This document shows positions 27,001 through 38,000 of a stretch of 64,000 bases of DNA, piece by piece. A program made the translations under genes and the position numbers. Source of the DNA: Balanoglossus misakiensis (taxonomy: Eukaryota > Animalia > Hemichordata); contig CM082598.2 in assembly GCA_040954595.2 (NCBI GenBank), positions 7,641,097 to 7,705,096 of the forward strand, written 5' to 3'. The notes under the pieces were generated by a model. It had not been told where the DNA came from. It did not search any database and worked only from the letters and a program-made list of their open reading frames with translations. Each line of letters starts with the position of its first letter. Position 1 is the first letter of the stretch.

Positions 27001-27737
27001 ATATTCATCATATGTGATTACAAATGACATACAGTGTCTCTGAAATGTTTCTAGTCTCACCCAGTGTGACAATGGTGTCAGTCTACAGTATTTCTTTTGT
27101 TCAATGTGGTTCAGCTAGTGCTATTACAGTAACAGCATCAGGGGTGCTATAGAAAGCGGTGTGGCAAACTGCATTGATGTATTTGCAAACAGGAAAGTGT
27201 GATGGACCTTAAAAAATGCCCCAGTTGAGAATTAATTCCTGCCACAGAGAACATGAAATGCCATAGTTGACACCTTAAAAGACCTAGAAAATATTGGTTG
27301 AGGGCGCATTCAACATGGTGCAAACTGTTTGCAGCAGACATCTCAGTGTCTGTAAGTTTATCTTTCGTGGAAGAATTGACATTAGGAATATCTTGTTTGC
27401 ATCAAGAATCCACTTTATTTCAACAAAATTTGTTGTTTTTAAAAGATATTTCTATAATTAAACGTTTTTACTTACAAGAAACCCGACTGTCTTAAGTTAT
27501 TTTGTTGCACGTAATTGAAATACAGTTTCACGCAAAAATTTTTAAGCTCTCGTGTGCACTGCATGTGAAAAATGATATATCAAACGCTAGCCCTGAGCGA
27601 TGACTCTGCATCAAACATTGGTCAATACGAACACTTACCCATCCTAGGAAGTTAACCCTTGCATTGACATCATATCCATTAGCTATCCGCGACTGAATCT
27701 CTGCAATTGTACCAGCCGCTGCGGCATAGATTAGATC
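10777..27737 (-). CDS. Roco family protein (ankyrin-ROC-COR-death-domain-like; DAPK1-like, no kinase seen), multi-exon, start exon not found
   Basis: Phase-compatible GT-AG exons 27737-27639, 25989-25891, 18720-18622, 17435-17334 (or 17325), 16887-16828, 16107-15979, 15535-15251, 14944-14818, 14043-13895, 13243-13064, 12036-10777 give ~860 aa. Motifs: ANK, P-loop GYGGNGKTT, PTPGID, WDFAGQ, IGSKAD, COR LDPQWLC and FSPGFFPRLQ. Confidence 0.88.
12779..12988. mobile_element. Tc1/mariner-type MITE in Roco intron
   Basis: TA-ctgtaaaa...ttttacag-TA termini with internal cgcgaaa-type motifs. Confidence 0.6.
13064..13243 (-). CDS. Roco exon (COR N-terminal part)
   Basis: cag|REEYIPKLC...ATRYLHYLGE|gtaagt, 180 bp. 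Confidence 0.88.
13895..14043 (-). CDS. Roco exon (ROC end)
   Basis: tag|..ELVMREIL..ETFILNCHNS..RLRECLRSAK|gtatgg; phase 1 in, phase 0 out. Confidence 0.85.
14818..14944 (-). CDS. Roco exon (ROC G4 motif)
   Basis: tag|VTSWLAFLKA..PKVILIGSKADLL..|gtatgt. Confidence 0.88.
15251..15535 (-). CDS. Roco exon (ROC G2/G3 motifs)
   Basis: cag|NFVQ..TPTPGIDV..FSVWDFAGQTEYYVTH..RQE|gtgggt, 285 bp. Confidence 0.92.
15979..16107 (-). CDS. Roco exon (ROC P-loop)
   Basis: cag|VFSCQQ..KIVLAGYGGNGKTTLKESLQR|gtgtgt, 129 bp. Confidence 0.9.
16828..16887 (-). CDS. Probable Roco linker exon
   Basis: cag|AVINSVYDRDVKRDLINHHK|gtatgt, 60 bp, phase 0. Confidence 0.6.
17334..17435 (-). CDS. Probable Roco exon (degenerate terminal ankyrin repeat)
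   Basis: ttttcag|KGVTPCKEA...FDNEK; donor either gtatat (17334) or CAG|gcaagt (17325), both phase 0. Confidence 0.55.
18372..18475 (-). pseudogene. Degenerate ankyrin pseudo-exon
   Basis: ETPLHYAAYAI followed by in-frame stops. It and its upstream intron (18445-18620) are paralogous to 18695-18868. Confidence 0.6.
18622..18720 (-). CDS. Roco ankyrin-repeat exon (99 bp)
   Basis: cag|DGDTPLHYALRDCDEGHVKLLLEHNADVTIQNK|gtaaat. Confidence 0.92.
18869..20134. repeat. Tandem repeat, ~157-bp unit x8
   Basis: Units begin agactgga at 18869, 19026, 19184, 19342, 19499, 19656, 19813, 19969. A ninth starts at 20126 and is cut by the LTR. Confidence 0.95.
20135..25618 (-). mobile_element. Full-length but frameshifted Gypsy (Mag-like) LTR retrotransposon
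   Basis: TG..CA LTRs 20135-20313 and 25437-25618 (4 substitutions, 2 indels). PBS 25422-25434 matches the tRNA-Ser(GCT) 3' end ATCCTCGTCGCCA; PPT at 20314-20327. gag with CCHC knuckles, protease DSGA, RT IADD, RNase H, integrase (HEGH/C-C, DYYS, TDNG). Confidence 0.96.
23950..24577. mobile_element. Non-autonomous Mutator-like insertion in Gypsy gag
   Basis: GG..CC termini with imperfect TIR rich in tgcggg repeats; 9-bp TSD ttcataact / ttcatcaca (7/9). Removal restores the knuckle CRLCDEGGHFKVRC. Confidence 0.75.
25891..25989 (-). CDS. Roco ankyrin-repeat exon (99 bp)
   Basis: cag|YGWTALHAASREGRLDAVRVLISHGADVNAKDG|gtacgt. Confidence 0.93.
26256..26429. mobile_element. Degenerate pogo/Tigger-like MITE
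   Basis: TA-cagtaaaacctgtc...cgtttttactg termini. Confidence 0.45.
26888..26966. repeat. (TG)n(AG)n compound microsatellite
   Basis: Directly visible. Confidence 0.95.
27639..27737 (-). CDS. Roco ankyrin-repeat exon (99 bp)
   Basis: cag|DLIYAAAAGTIAEIQSRIANGYDVNARVNFLGW|gtaagt. Confidence 0.85.
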
Positions 27738-29120
27738 CTGTAACATTCAACAAGCAAAACTTCTTTCATCAAAATATTCTCAAAATGCAATCATAAACAA
27801 CAGTAATATAAAAGGAAAACATTGAAATCTTCATTAATGAAAATTTATGAAGACAAAACATGATCATGTACGTCAATTTGAATACAAAATGATGACATCA
27901 TGTTGTGAGAAAACAAAGACAACACAATCACTCTTCTCTAAGACAAAACAGCAAGATCTCCAAAGGGCAACAGGAAAAAAGAAATACAAAACCGGTGGTG
28001 GCACTCTCAGGGAAAATAGACATTGCTTCTCCATAAAATTTCAAGACGCATATCATTTCCAGGAATTATCAATAACAAAAAGACACTTTGCAAAATATTA
28101 GTGTTTCATCTAGATGGGCGGATGGGGATTCACCCCATATTGATGTGTTGGCACCCCCTAGCAATTTAATTGTCAAAGGGGGACCAGTGTCCTTTTAAAT
28201 GATGTCACACACATGTTGAGGATATTACAGTCCCCCCTATGACAGAGTGGAATCCCCCTCAAATATTTTGGCAAAACCCTTACGAAAAAATATTTTTGCT
28301 GGGAGGTGGTTATGAGTTTGCTGCCAATACCCAGCAGGCATATAGTTTGCAGATTGGCTGATAAGAGGGTTTGCAGAAGTTTGCAGGATTCTGCAAACTC
28401 AATGCAAAGTGAACAATCCCCAAACATGTTGTGCAGAGAATTCACAGCAAATCAAACTTGTGCAGTGAATTTACAGCAAATAAAAACTGTTGCTGTGAAG
28501 TCACTGCAACTTGTTAATTGTCAGAATGAGCTTGTGATTTCCAAGCAATCTATAGGTTAAAGGTCACAACTGCACTGTACAAAGAGATTGTCTGGGCCCA
28601 GTGTTAGTACCGGGTACATGGCTATGCTGTCCTATGGTCTCCAGCCACACATTCAGCAAATGTGATCTACCATTGCTGACAATGAGGGGTGAGCAAAACA
28701 AGCACATTGGATAATAGTTTTTTATAAATTAAATGTTGACCAGGTTAGATTTTTGGCTCTGATTCCAGGATAGACCAGCAAATTATTTGATATTTAACTA
28801 TTCAAATTGAACTTGTGGATTAGTTACGAAAGTCACCAAGATGTCACAACCTTGTACAAGCTTGCTGCAAGGATGACACAACTTTGAAATGCTAGCTCTT
28901 AGCTTGTATAAAGGTTATACAAGCTTGGATAAGATTACGGCTTAAAATTACAAGCTTGAATATAGCTTGTGAACCACCCCAGACAAGCTTGTATAATACA
29001 AACTTGCAAACTTGAGGACTGCAGGTTCTAAAAAAACTTCGGTTCCATGCATAGTGTACATGGTCCAGTGTGATTTAGATATATAGACATTCTAAACACT
29101 GGTCCGGGGCCAGGCAAGGT

Positions 29121-29185
29121 GGCTAGTTATACTTTGCGAAACAACGAAACAGCGAAACAGTGAGACGACGAAACCATTATTAAAA
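29121..29185 (+). mobile_element. Candidate left terminus of a large Mutator-like DNA transposon
   Basis: ggctagttatactttgcgaaac followed by repeated cgaaac motifs, ~760 bp upstream of the plus-strand gene. No partner end in the window. Confidence 0.4.
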
Positions 29186-29881
29186 TAGGGGCCAGTCATC
29201 AAGACGGTGGCGTATGATTTTTTTAAAAGTTTCCAAATTAAAACGTAAGCGAGCTAAGAAAACTACAAGTCAGATAAATTGTTTTCTCGGAAATTCAACA
29301 TTAGAATCAAATTTGGCGTTGGAAACAAACGGCGGGTCGCCAGTTCCTGGTCTGCGGCCTGGTACTATGTAGTGGTAGAGTCGACGTCGTGTGCGCGCAA
29401 ACGATTCATGCCAAACTGCAAACGATTCATGCCAAACTGCTACATATACACAGTGAATATACGCGCGCGCACAACGAAACCACAAAAGATCGAAACCTCA
29501 AAATGCGGCAGCAACTGACACTATTTCCTTAAATACCACAAGGCGGGGGAGGCATGAATTGTAATTAAGATAATAAAGAAATTTCGACAATGATACTGTG
29601 TTGTGTGAGTTACATGTGTTTCTATATATAACTACTACTCTTACTCCCCCATCAGTGTTTGACCCTCGAAAGCTTACGGACACTACTGCTTTGTTTCAAC
29701 TAATCCTTCGCCCTGATACTCGTACATTGACCTGTTGGGGCGGGATTCTTTTTCGGCGGACAATCGCTAGCGGGCGTATGCATCGCCTTGTCAACACGAA
29801 CTGCGTCACCATATAGTTACGTCATTACGTCCGTTGCATGCTGTCAGTGTCGACGTCAGTGCAGAATTAGAAGAAACCACG

Positions 29882-31985
29882 ATGTCTTTCGAAGACGCTT
29901 TCATTTCATTTTTCGCGTAAGTTAAACCCGGTTAATGTATTTCTACAACCATTTGTTTGTGAGGCAAGCCTTTCCCTTTACCTTTAGACATTAGTATGGC
30001 ATGGATCAATTTGAAAGGGGGGGGGGGGGGGTCTGGGCAAGCGCCCACCCATATAAACGCCCGGGCGCTAACGCCGTCTCGAGTACGGGTAGTACATGGG
30101 AATACTTCGCAGGAGTTTCTTAAAAAGTATTAGTATACAAGAGTACGATTAACTATTGTGAAAATCAAAATATACACATATTATTAACATGATAATAATG
30201 GTTTAGATATTGTTAATGTCTCTTTCTCTTGATTGTCAGGAACCATGAAAATGACTGGACATGCAAGGAGTGCAGTTTCCTTAATGATGCCAATGCAGAA
30301 TGTTGCCGTGTTTGTCATGCAATCAGGTAAGATACCTTCTAGTAAATGTTATTTCTTCTAAAATACTTTCTAGTAAATGTATGGGAGTGTAATTTAGAGT
30401 CGTCGCCAGTGTATTCTGCCCAGAATACACTGGGGAAGACTGTAAACACTCTTGCCTGTTGTTACTTTGTGTCACGATTAATTTCGAATACAGTGGAGCA
30501 ATTTACAACTACAAAATAATACTTAATTTTGAAAAAGAATACATTTCAGTGAAAGTCATTACTGCCCTATATTGGTATAATCCAAGTTATGGCAACAATT
30601 ACTTCTGGAAGTGGCTGGCTGAACATGGCTGGCACAAGCGAAGCTAAAAACAAGCATACTATTTGTGTTATTATGGAGAAGCCCATATCACTCCAATATT
30701 TAAGTTATTCATAAATCTGAAGCACTGAATAATTAATATACATGTACATGGTTTGGAAAAATTAACTTGTTTTATATTACTTGTATTGTAATATATGCTT
30801 CAGAACACATTTGGCTGTGTGTGTAAAGTCATCCCTCCGTTGCAGTAGACACAGTTGGAAACAGAGTGAGAGACACTGATATTTTTGTATTAGGGGAAAC
30901 CCTAAATCTGGAGTCATGCTGTGTTCAGTGTAGTTGGTCCTTGCTATCAAAGAGTAATTAGAGAGGAAGTTCCTGAAGTTTTCAAAGTAGTTGATGAACA
31001 TTTACAGCAAGTTCATGTAATGTAATTTAGTAACTAGTTCCTCAAGTGTGTCATTATTTACATGTATGTGGGTGTCAAGATAATGATCGAGTTGCTCCAA
31101 TGTCTCCCACACTGAAGCTATACAATGAATTGCAATGTGTAATTACCTCACATTTATACTACCCTGGTATAGTTTTCTGTTTGAATATTTCTCAGTCATT
31201 TTATGCCTAAGTAGCTGGGGAAGCATGATATTTGAAACTACAACAGCAACAACAAAAAACATGATTTAAATATTGTAAACATATTTTGTCTTGATTGTCA
31301 GGAACCAGGAAAATGACTGCCCTGGGTGGACGTGCGAGAAGTGCACTTTCCTAAATGATGCCAAAGCGGAATGTTGTCTCATTTGTCATGCAATCAGGTA
31401 AGATACCTTTTAGTAAATATATGGGGGTGTAATTTAAATACTCTTGCCTGTTGTTACTTGGTGTATAAATTTGGAGATTTTTGTCTGCTACGCCGAAGAT
31501 ACTATTTTACATGTAAATGACAATGTATAATTACCACATATTAATACTACCATGGTGAAGTTTTGTTTTTGAATATTTTCTTAGTCATTTTATGCCAAAG
31601 TGGTTGATGCAGCCTGATATTTGCAATAATAGTAGCAACAACAAAAACATGATTTAAATATTGTAAACATTTTTTGTCTTGATTGTCAGGAACCAGGAAA
31701 ATGACTGGACGTGCAAGAAGTGCACTTTCCTCAATGATGCCAAAGCGGAATGTTGCCTCATTTGTCAGACAATCAGGTAAGATACCTTTTAGTAAATCTA
31801 TGGGGGGGGATTTATTGAATACTCTTGCCTATTATGACATTACTTACTGTTGGTGTATACAAGAAGTTTCAAAATCAAATGGACTTTATTCTTCAATTTG
31901 TGTTAGGAAACGAGATACATCTAAAGATGATGAGGAATGGCGGTGCATTGGAAAGGAAAAGGTAAGCATGAGTGACACATGTACC

Positions 31986-32026
<41 letters not shown>

Positions 32027-35000
32027 GTTAAGGGGTTTAAAGAATTATATAAACAATCTATCAATTTAATAAGCACGGGTGGATTTCCTGTACAATCATT
32101 CGTGATACTTCAGATTCATAAAGACAACATTTTTCAAAGTGGCCTATGTATCTAAAATTGCAGACGACGTTTCAACGCTTTCGGTTGGAGATTTTCTACC
32201 TAATATTCACAAAAAGACCTCGGGTATTGTTAAACACTATTTAAAACCTTGTTACCCAGTGAGTCTGGTGGCGTGTGTACGACAGATCTGAGGTACAAAA
32301 CTTCGCTCGAAACCCAACACGAGTTGGAGACCGAGTTTATTTACGTACAACATGTAGCAATTTTTCGTATGTTTGCGCGCGCTCTGAAATCACGCGATGT
32401 CAACTGAGTGTGAACGAGCTGTTTCGCGTCGTGTCGTCTGCCCAGTTTTCGTGGCTAAAACGACAGGAATAATACCCCAGTTGGCTTTAGAATTGCACAT
32501 ATCATGAGATTTGAGCGCCATAGAAACCGCAGATATCGTGGAACAGGAAGGTTAGTGTTAAAATTATTGTTTTTAATCAAAGTATTGACCTCTGAGTTAT
32601 GCTACGTTTGTGTCGGTGTCAAACGGACGCAATGTTTACAATACAAGGCAGCCAAATAGAATCAGAGAAATGAAGAAATGTTATCACGATATTTTGGATT
32701 TCGTGTTATTATTTCTCGGGAATTTTATTGTTTTCTCAGACGAGGTGACAGGACAGACACACGAGGCATCTCGCGGTTCCGTTTTCAATGTTGAATTTTA
32801 TGTTTTGGCTGTATTTGCGTGTCAGCTGACAGGTCTTCGCATTCATCAGAAGCTATCGTGCGTCGCTGAGATTTGATTCTTCATAGACGAAAATTATTTC
32901 ATAACCATACCAAATAAAACATTTCCAGAAATTTAGAAGTTTGCAGAGTTTTCTGCTAGTTGTCTATTTAGTGTTGAAGTCACGCTGAACTGCCAAATTT
33001 AACACAGACTCGCTGTCAATACTCAAACAGTGTACTTCTACGAGTGTGTCCTGTAACTGCCTTCCTTCAATAACCCATGTCATACAACAACAAATAGACG
33101 GTAAACGTTTATGCAATACCAATGAATTTATGTTTTAAAACTGGTCGACAGTCTGGAAATGCATGAACAATCGATTGATTGGATTCCTTAACGATACTAT
33201 TGTATCTTGTATTTTTTTGTAGTTACACTGTGGAAATCGGCAGGCAGCATTGCCAGTTTTTCTGCACATGCGCAGTTCCTCTGTCTTGAAAGAAAAGTCA
33301 AATTTCACCAACTTATTATTGTGCATTCGGAAAAAAACCCAAAATATTTTCTTTGTGAACAAAAATACTGCTAGTGTGATTTTGTGTTCAAATCCAACCA
33401 ATTATTATGTAAATTGACTTGTGATACCCTCTCTTAGCACAAAAAGCATAATTTCAGCCCCAAAATGGTTGCCATAGAAACATGTGATCACTAAACGGAT
33501 ATCATTTTTGTTCTTATTGAGCCAAGAAACCCCTATGGTGAAATTTTTGTGGAAATCGGTCCTATTATTATTAAAATTATTATTTTTATATAATTCTTTA
33601 TTTAATTATTATTATTATTATTACCAGTTAAGGGGTTTAAAGAATTATATAAACAATCTATCAATTTAATAAGCACGGGTGGATTTCCTGTACAATCATT
33701 CGTGATACTTCAGATTCATAAAGACAACATTTTTCAAAGTGGCCTATGTATCTAAAATTGCAGACGACGTTTCAACGCTTTCGGTTGGAGATTTTCTACC
33801 TAATATTCACAAAAAGACCTCGGGTATTGTTAAACACTATTTAAAACCTTGTTACCCGGTGAGTCGAGTAGCGTGTGTACGACAGAGATGAGGTACAAAA
33901 CTTCGCTCGAAACCCAACGCGAGTTGGAACCGAGTTTATTTACGTACAACATTGTAGCAATTTTTCGTATGTTTGCGCGCGCTCTGAAATCACGCGATGT
34001 CAACTGAGTGTGAACGAGCTGTTTCGCGTTGTGTCGTCTGCCCAGTTTTCGTGGCTAAAACGACAGGAATAATACCCCAGTTGGCTTAAGAATTGCACAT
34101 ATCGTGAGATTTGAGCGCCATAGAAACTGCAGATATCGTGGAACAGGAAGGTTAGTGTTTAAATCATTGATTTTAATCGAAGAATTGACCTCTGAGTTAT
34201 GCTACGTTTGTGTCGGTGTCAAACGGACGCAATGTTTACACGGCAGCAAAATAAAATCGGAGAAATGAAGAAATGTTATCACGATACTTTGGATTTCGTG
34301 TTATTATTTCTCGGGAATTTTATTGTTTTCTCAGACGAGGTGACAGGACAGACACACGAGGCATCTCGCGGTTTCGTTTTCAATTTTATGTTTTGACTGC
34401 ATTTGCGTGTCAGCTGACAGGTCTTCGCATTCATCAGAAGGTATCGTGCGTCACTGAGATTTGATTCTTCCTAAACGAAAATTATTTCATAACCATACCA
34501 AATAAAACATTTCCAGAAATTTAGAAGTTTGCAGAGTTTTCTGCTAGTTGTCTACTTAGTGTTGAAGTCACGCTGAACTGCCAAATTTAACAGACTCGCC
34601 GTCAACACTCAAAAAGTGTGTACTTCTACGAGTGTGTCCTGTAACTGCCTTCCTTCGATAACCATACAACAACAGATAGACGGTAAACGTTTATGCAATA
34701 CCAATGGATTTATGTTTTAAAACTGGTCGACAGTCAGGAAATATGCGTGAACAATCGATTGATTGGATTCCCCAGCGATACTATTGTATCTTGTGATTTT
34801 TTGTAGTGAAACTGTGGAAATCGGCAGGCTGCATTGCCAGTTGTTCTGCACATGTGCAGTTCCTCTGTCTTGAAAGAAAAGTCAAATTTCACCAACTTAT
34901 AAATGTGCATTCGGAAAATAAACCACAAATGTTTCCTTTGTGACCAAAAATACTGCCAGTGCGATTTTGTGTTCAAATCCAACCTATTATTATTTAAAGT

Positions 35001-38000
35001 GACTTGTGATACCCTCTCTTAGCACAAAAAGCATAATTTCAGCCCAAAAATGGTTGCCATAGAAACATGGGATCACTAAACGGATATCATTTTTGTTCTT
35101 TTCGAGCCAAGATACCCCTATGGTGAATTTTTTGTGGAAATCGGACCTATTATTATTAAAATTATTATTTTTATATAATTCTTTATTTAATTATTATTAT
35201 TATTATTACCAGTTTAGGGGTTTAAAGAATTATATAAACAATTTATAAATTTAATAAGCACGGGTGGATTTTCTGTACAATCATTCCTGATTCTTCAGAT
35301 TCATAATTTAGCGCTAAAGACATCATTTTTCAAAGTGGCCTATATCTAAAATTGCCGACGTTTCAACGCTTTCGTTGGAGATTTTCTACATATTCACAAA
35401 AAGACCACGGGTATTGTTAACACTATTTAAAACCTTGTTACCCGGTGAGTCTGGTGAGGTCATCGTCGTAAAACCACGACCTGTTTACGGCAACTGCTAC
35501 GCGCTACCGCCAACAGGCCGTGGTGGATTTGGAAGGTTTTCGCGGATCCCAGCGTCAGTTCCAGCAGCCAGACAAAGGAACCAATCAGAGAGCCCGTCTC
35601 ATAAAACTGCATAACTTATTTAAATGACAGTGCAAAATGGCGGATTTAAAGCTGACAGCAGCCGAAGAGCTCGCGATAAAACGACTACTGATTGGCTAAT
35701 TCCAATGTCGTTTCTCATGAATAATTCATTAGTCTACGTCCTAAATTCCGGGGTTCCCTACTGTAATCTGCCAGAGCCCGTTTTTTGCGTAGCTCCGCAG
35801 AGCGGAAACACGGTCGGCTCTGGCTTGCGAGAATGGGTGAGGTAAAAAACTTTACTCTAAACCCAACGCAAGTTTATTTACGTACAACATTGTAGCAATT
35901 TTTCGAGTGTACGCGCGCGCTCTGAAATCGTGCGATGTCAACTGAGTGTGAACGAGCTGTTTCGCGTCGTGTCGTCTGTCCAGTTTTCGTGGCTAAAACG
36001 ACAGGAATACTACCCCAGTTGGCTTTAGAATTGCACATATCGTGAGATTTGAGCGCCATAGAAACCGCAGATATCGTGGAACAGGAAGGTTAGTGTTAAA
36101 ATCATTGTTTTTAATCGAAATATTGACCTCTGAGTTATGCTGTGTTTGTGTCAGTGTCAAACGGACGCAATGTTTACACGGCAGCCAAATAGAATCGGGG
36201 AAATGAAGACATGTTAGCACAATACTTTGGATTCCGTGTTATTATTTCTCGGGAATTTTATTGTTTTCTCAGACGAGGTGACAGGAAAGACACACGAGGC
36301 ATCTCGCGGTTTCGTTTTCAATGTTGAATTTTATGTTTTGACTGTATAGCACAGTTCAGGGTTTACGTCATCAAAATCTAATGAATATTCATGAGTTCGA
36401 AAATGCGGACAAAGTCGCGGGTACGCGTCGATTGCCCCCAGGACCGCCCCATCAGCTGGCTGCGCTGAGCGAGCTTTGTTTGTTTACATTATGATGCCGG
36501 CGTCGACCGAACCAATTTCACTGGAAGAAAATGATGTTCCTGGTGCAAAGCTTGCATATGCATCTATTGAGAAGCACTCTGTTGAGCAACTTAAAAGGTG
36601 GCTGAAATGTAGAGGTATAAAAACAAGTGGGAAAAAAGTGGAGCTGATAGCGAGGTGAGTTCATTCAAGTTCATCATCGTAATTATTGTTTACTTCCGCA
36701 TTGACCGGCTTCTTCGGAAGCAGGCATACTAAATATTGATGTGAAATGCGTTTGAGGCAATAGAATTTCAAGAAAAAAATCGTTAAGCTTATTATTTCTT
36801 GTGAGATTATTTTGCTGTTCAATATTTCCCCACTTGTGTTTGTGTCGTCGGCACGTATGTATGCGCGCGAACGATGTTGTGCACCGCAACCCCGGTTTAT
36901 AGGTCCACTGTTAATGTTTTCGTCGTTCTTCGAAACGTTGTTGTTATGCTCTGGTGTGTTTTTTATTTATGTTCTCAGATCAAGTGTCGAATAGGCGATA
37001 AAAATATCGACGGAAATAAACTACGTGCTACGCTGTGTGGGCGATGGGGGGGGGGGGGGGACTGCCACAGGTCCTTACTGATAAAAGTAGTGTTGTTGAC
37101 ATGACTATACGAGAGATATTTGCAATATTGATATGATGAACGACTTGATATTGACAGGAAAAATGTTACTAACTTGTTATGAGTCAATATTGTTACCATT
37201 GTTTACCATCGTTTTGATATATTTTCAGGTGCCAAAACTGTATAGACAGTGGGAATGCAAGTGACATTGACCCAGCTGTTGATAATGGGCACTGGTTGCT
37301 GTTGAAGGAGAGAGTTCATTCTCACAATACTGGTGGTTGTGGTGTTATACTTCCAGTTACTGGTTGGAAGCCTCTTGGTGAGCTGGAAGGCAATGTCCCT
37401 GTCATAACAGATGGCCACATTTACCATCACATCATAGAAAGTCATCCCGCAAGCCAAAGTGATGAAAACTCTCCAGAACATTGTCACACAGCTAAGCCTC
37501 TAAGACGAGGAGAACAATTTTACAAATCTGGACATGTGACAGAGGTTCACGCAGTAAAAAAAAGTGGTGTATTTTATGTAAAATCAAAAGTTCATGCCAG
37601 CATGCGTAGTGCTTCTTATTTTGTAACAGTTGCTGTGTCTGTTCATTCAGGTTTTGTTAAGGGAGCAAGTTGTGAATGTAAGGCCTCTGCTCTGGGCAGG
37701 TGCAGTCATGTTGCAGCACTTTTACTATATCTTTCAAAGTATGGGAATATGTCATGTACAAGTCAACCAGCTGAATGGGGTAGGGGGGCTAAATATAATA
37801 AAAACCCCTCTAAAGTAACTGATGTAAATTATGATAATCGAAAGGTTTTGCCAGATGTCATCAATTTTGATCCTCGTCCCCTGTCATTAAGAAATAATGA
37901 AATGAGTATAGAGGAAAGAAATGAATTTATCATAAGCCAACAGTCCTGCCATAGTGCACTGTCTTCTATGTGGGAAACTATAATACCTGTTCATTATGAT

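Noticed and set aside
28280-29040. Low-complexity tgcaaac/acaagcttg-rich segment, possibly old CACTA-like MITE remnants
   Set aside because: No matching termini or TSD could be identified.
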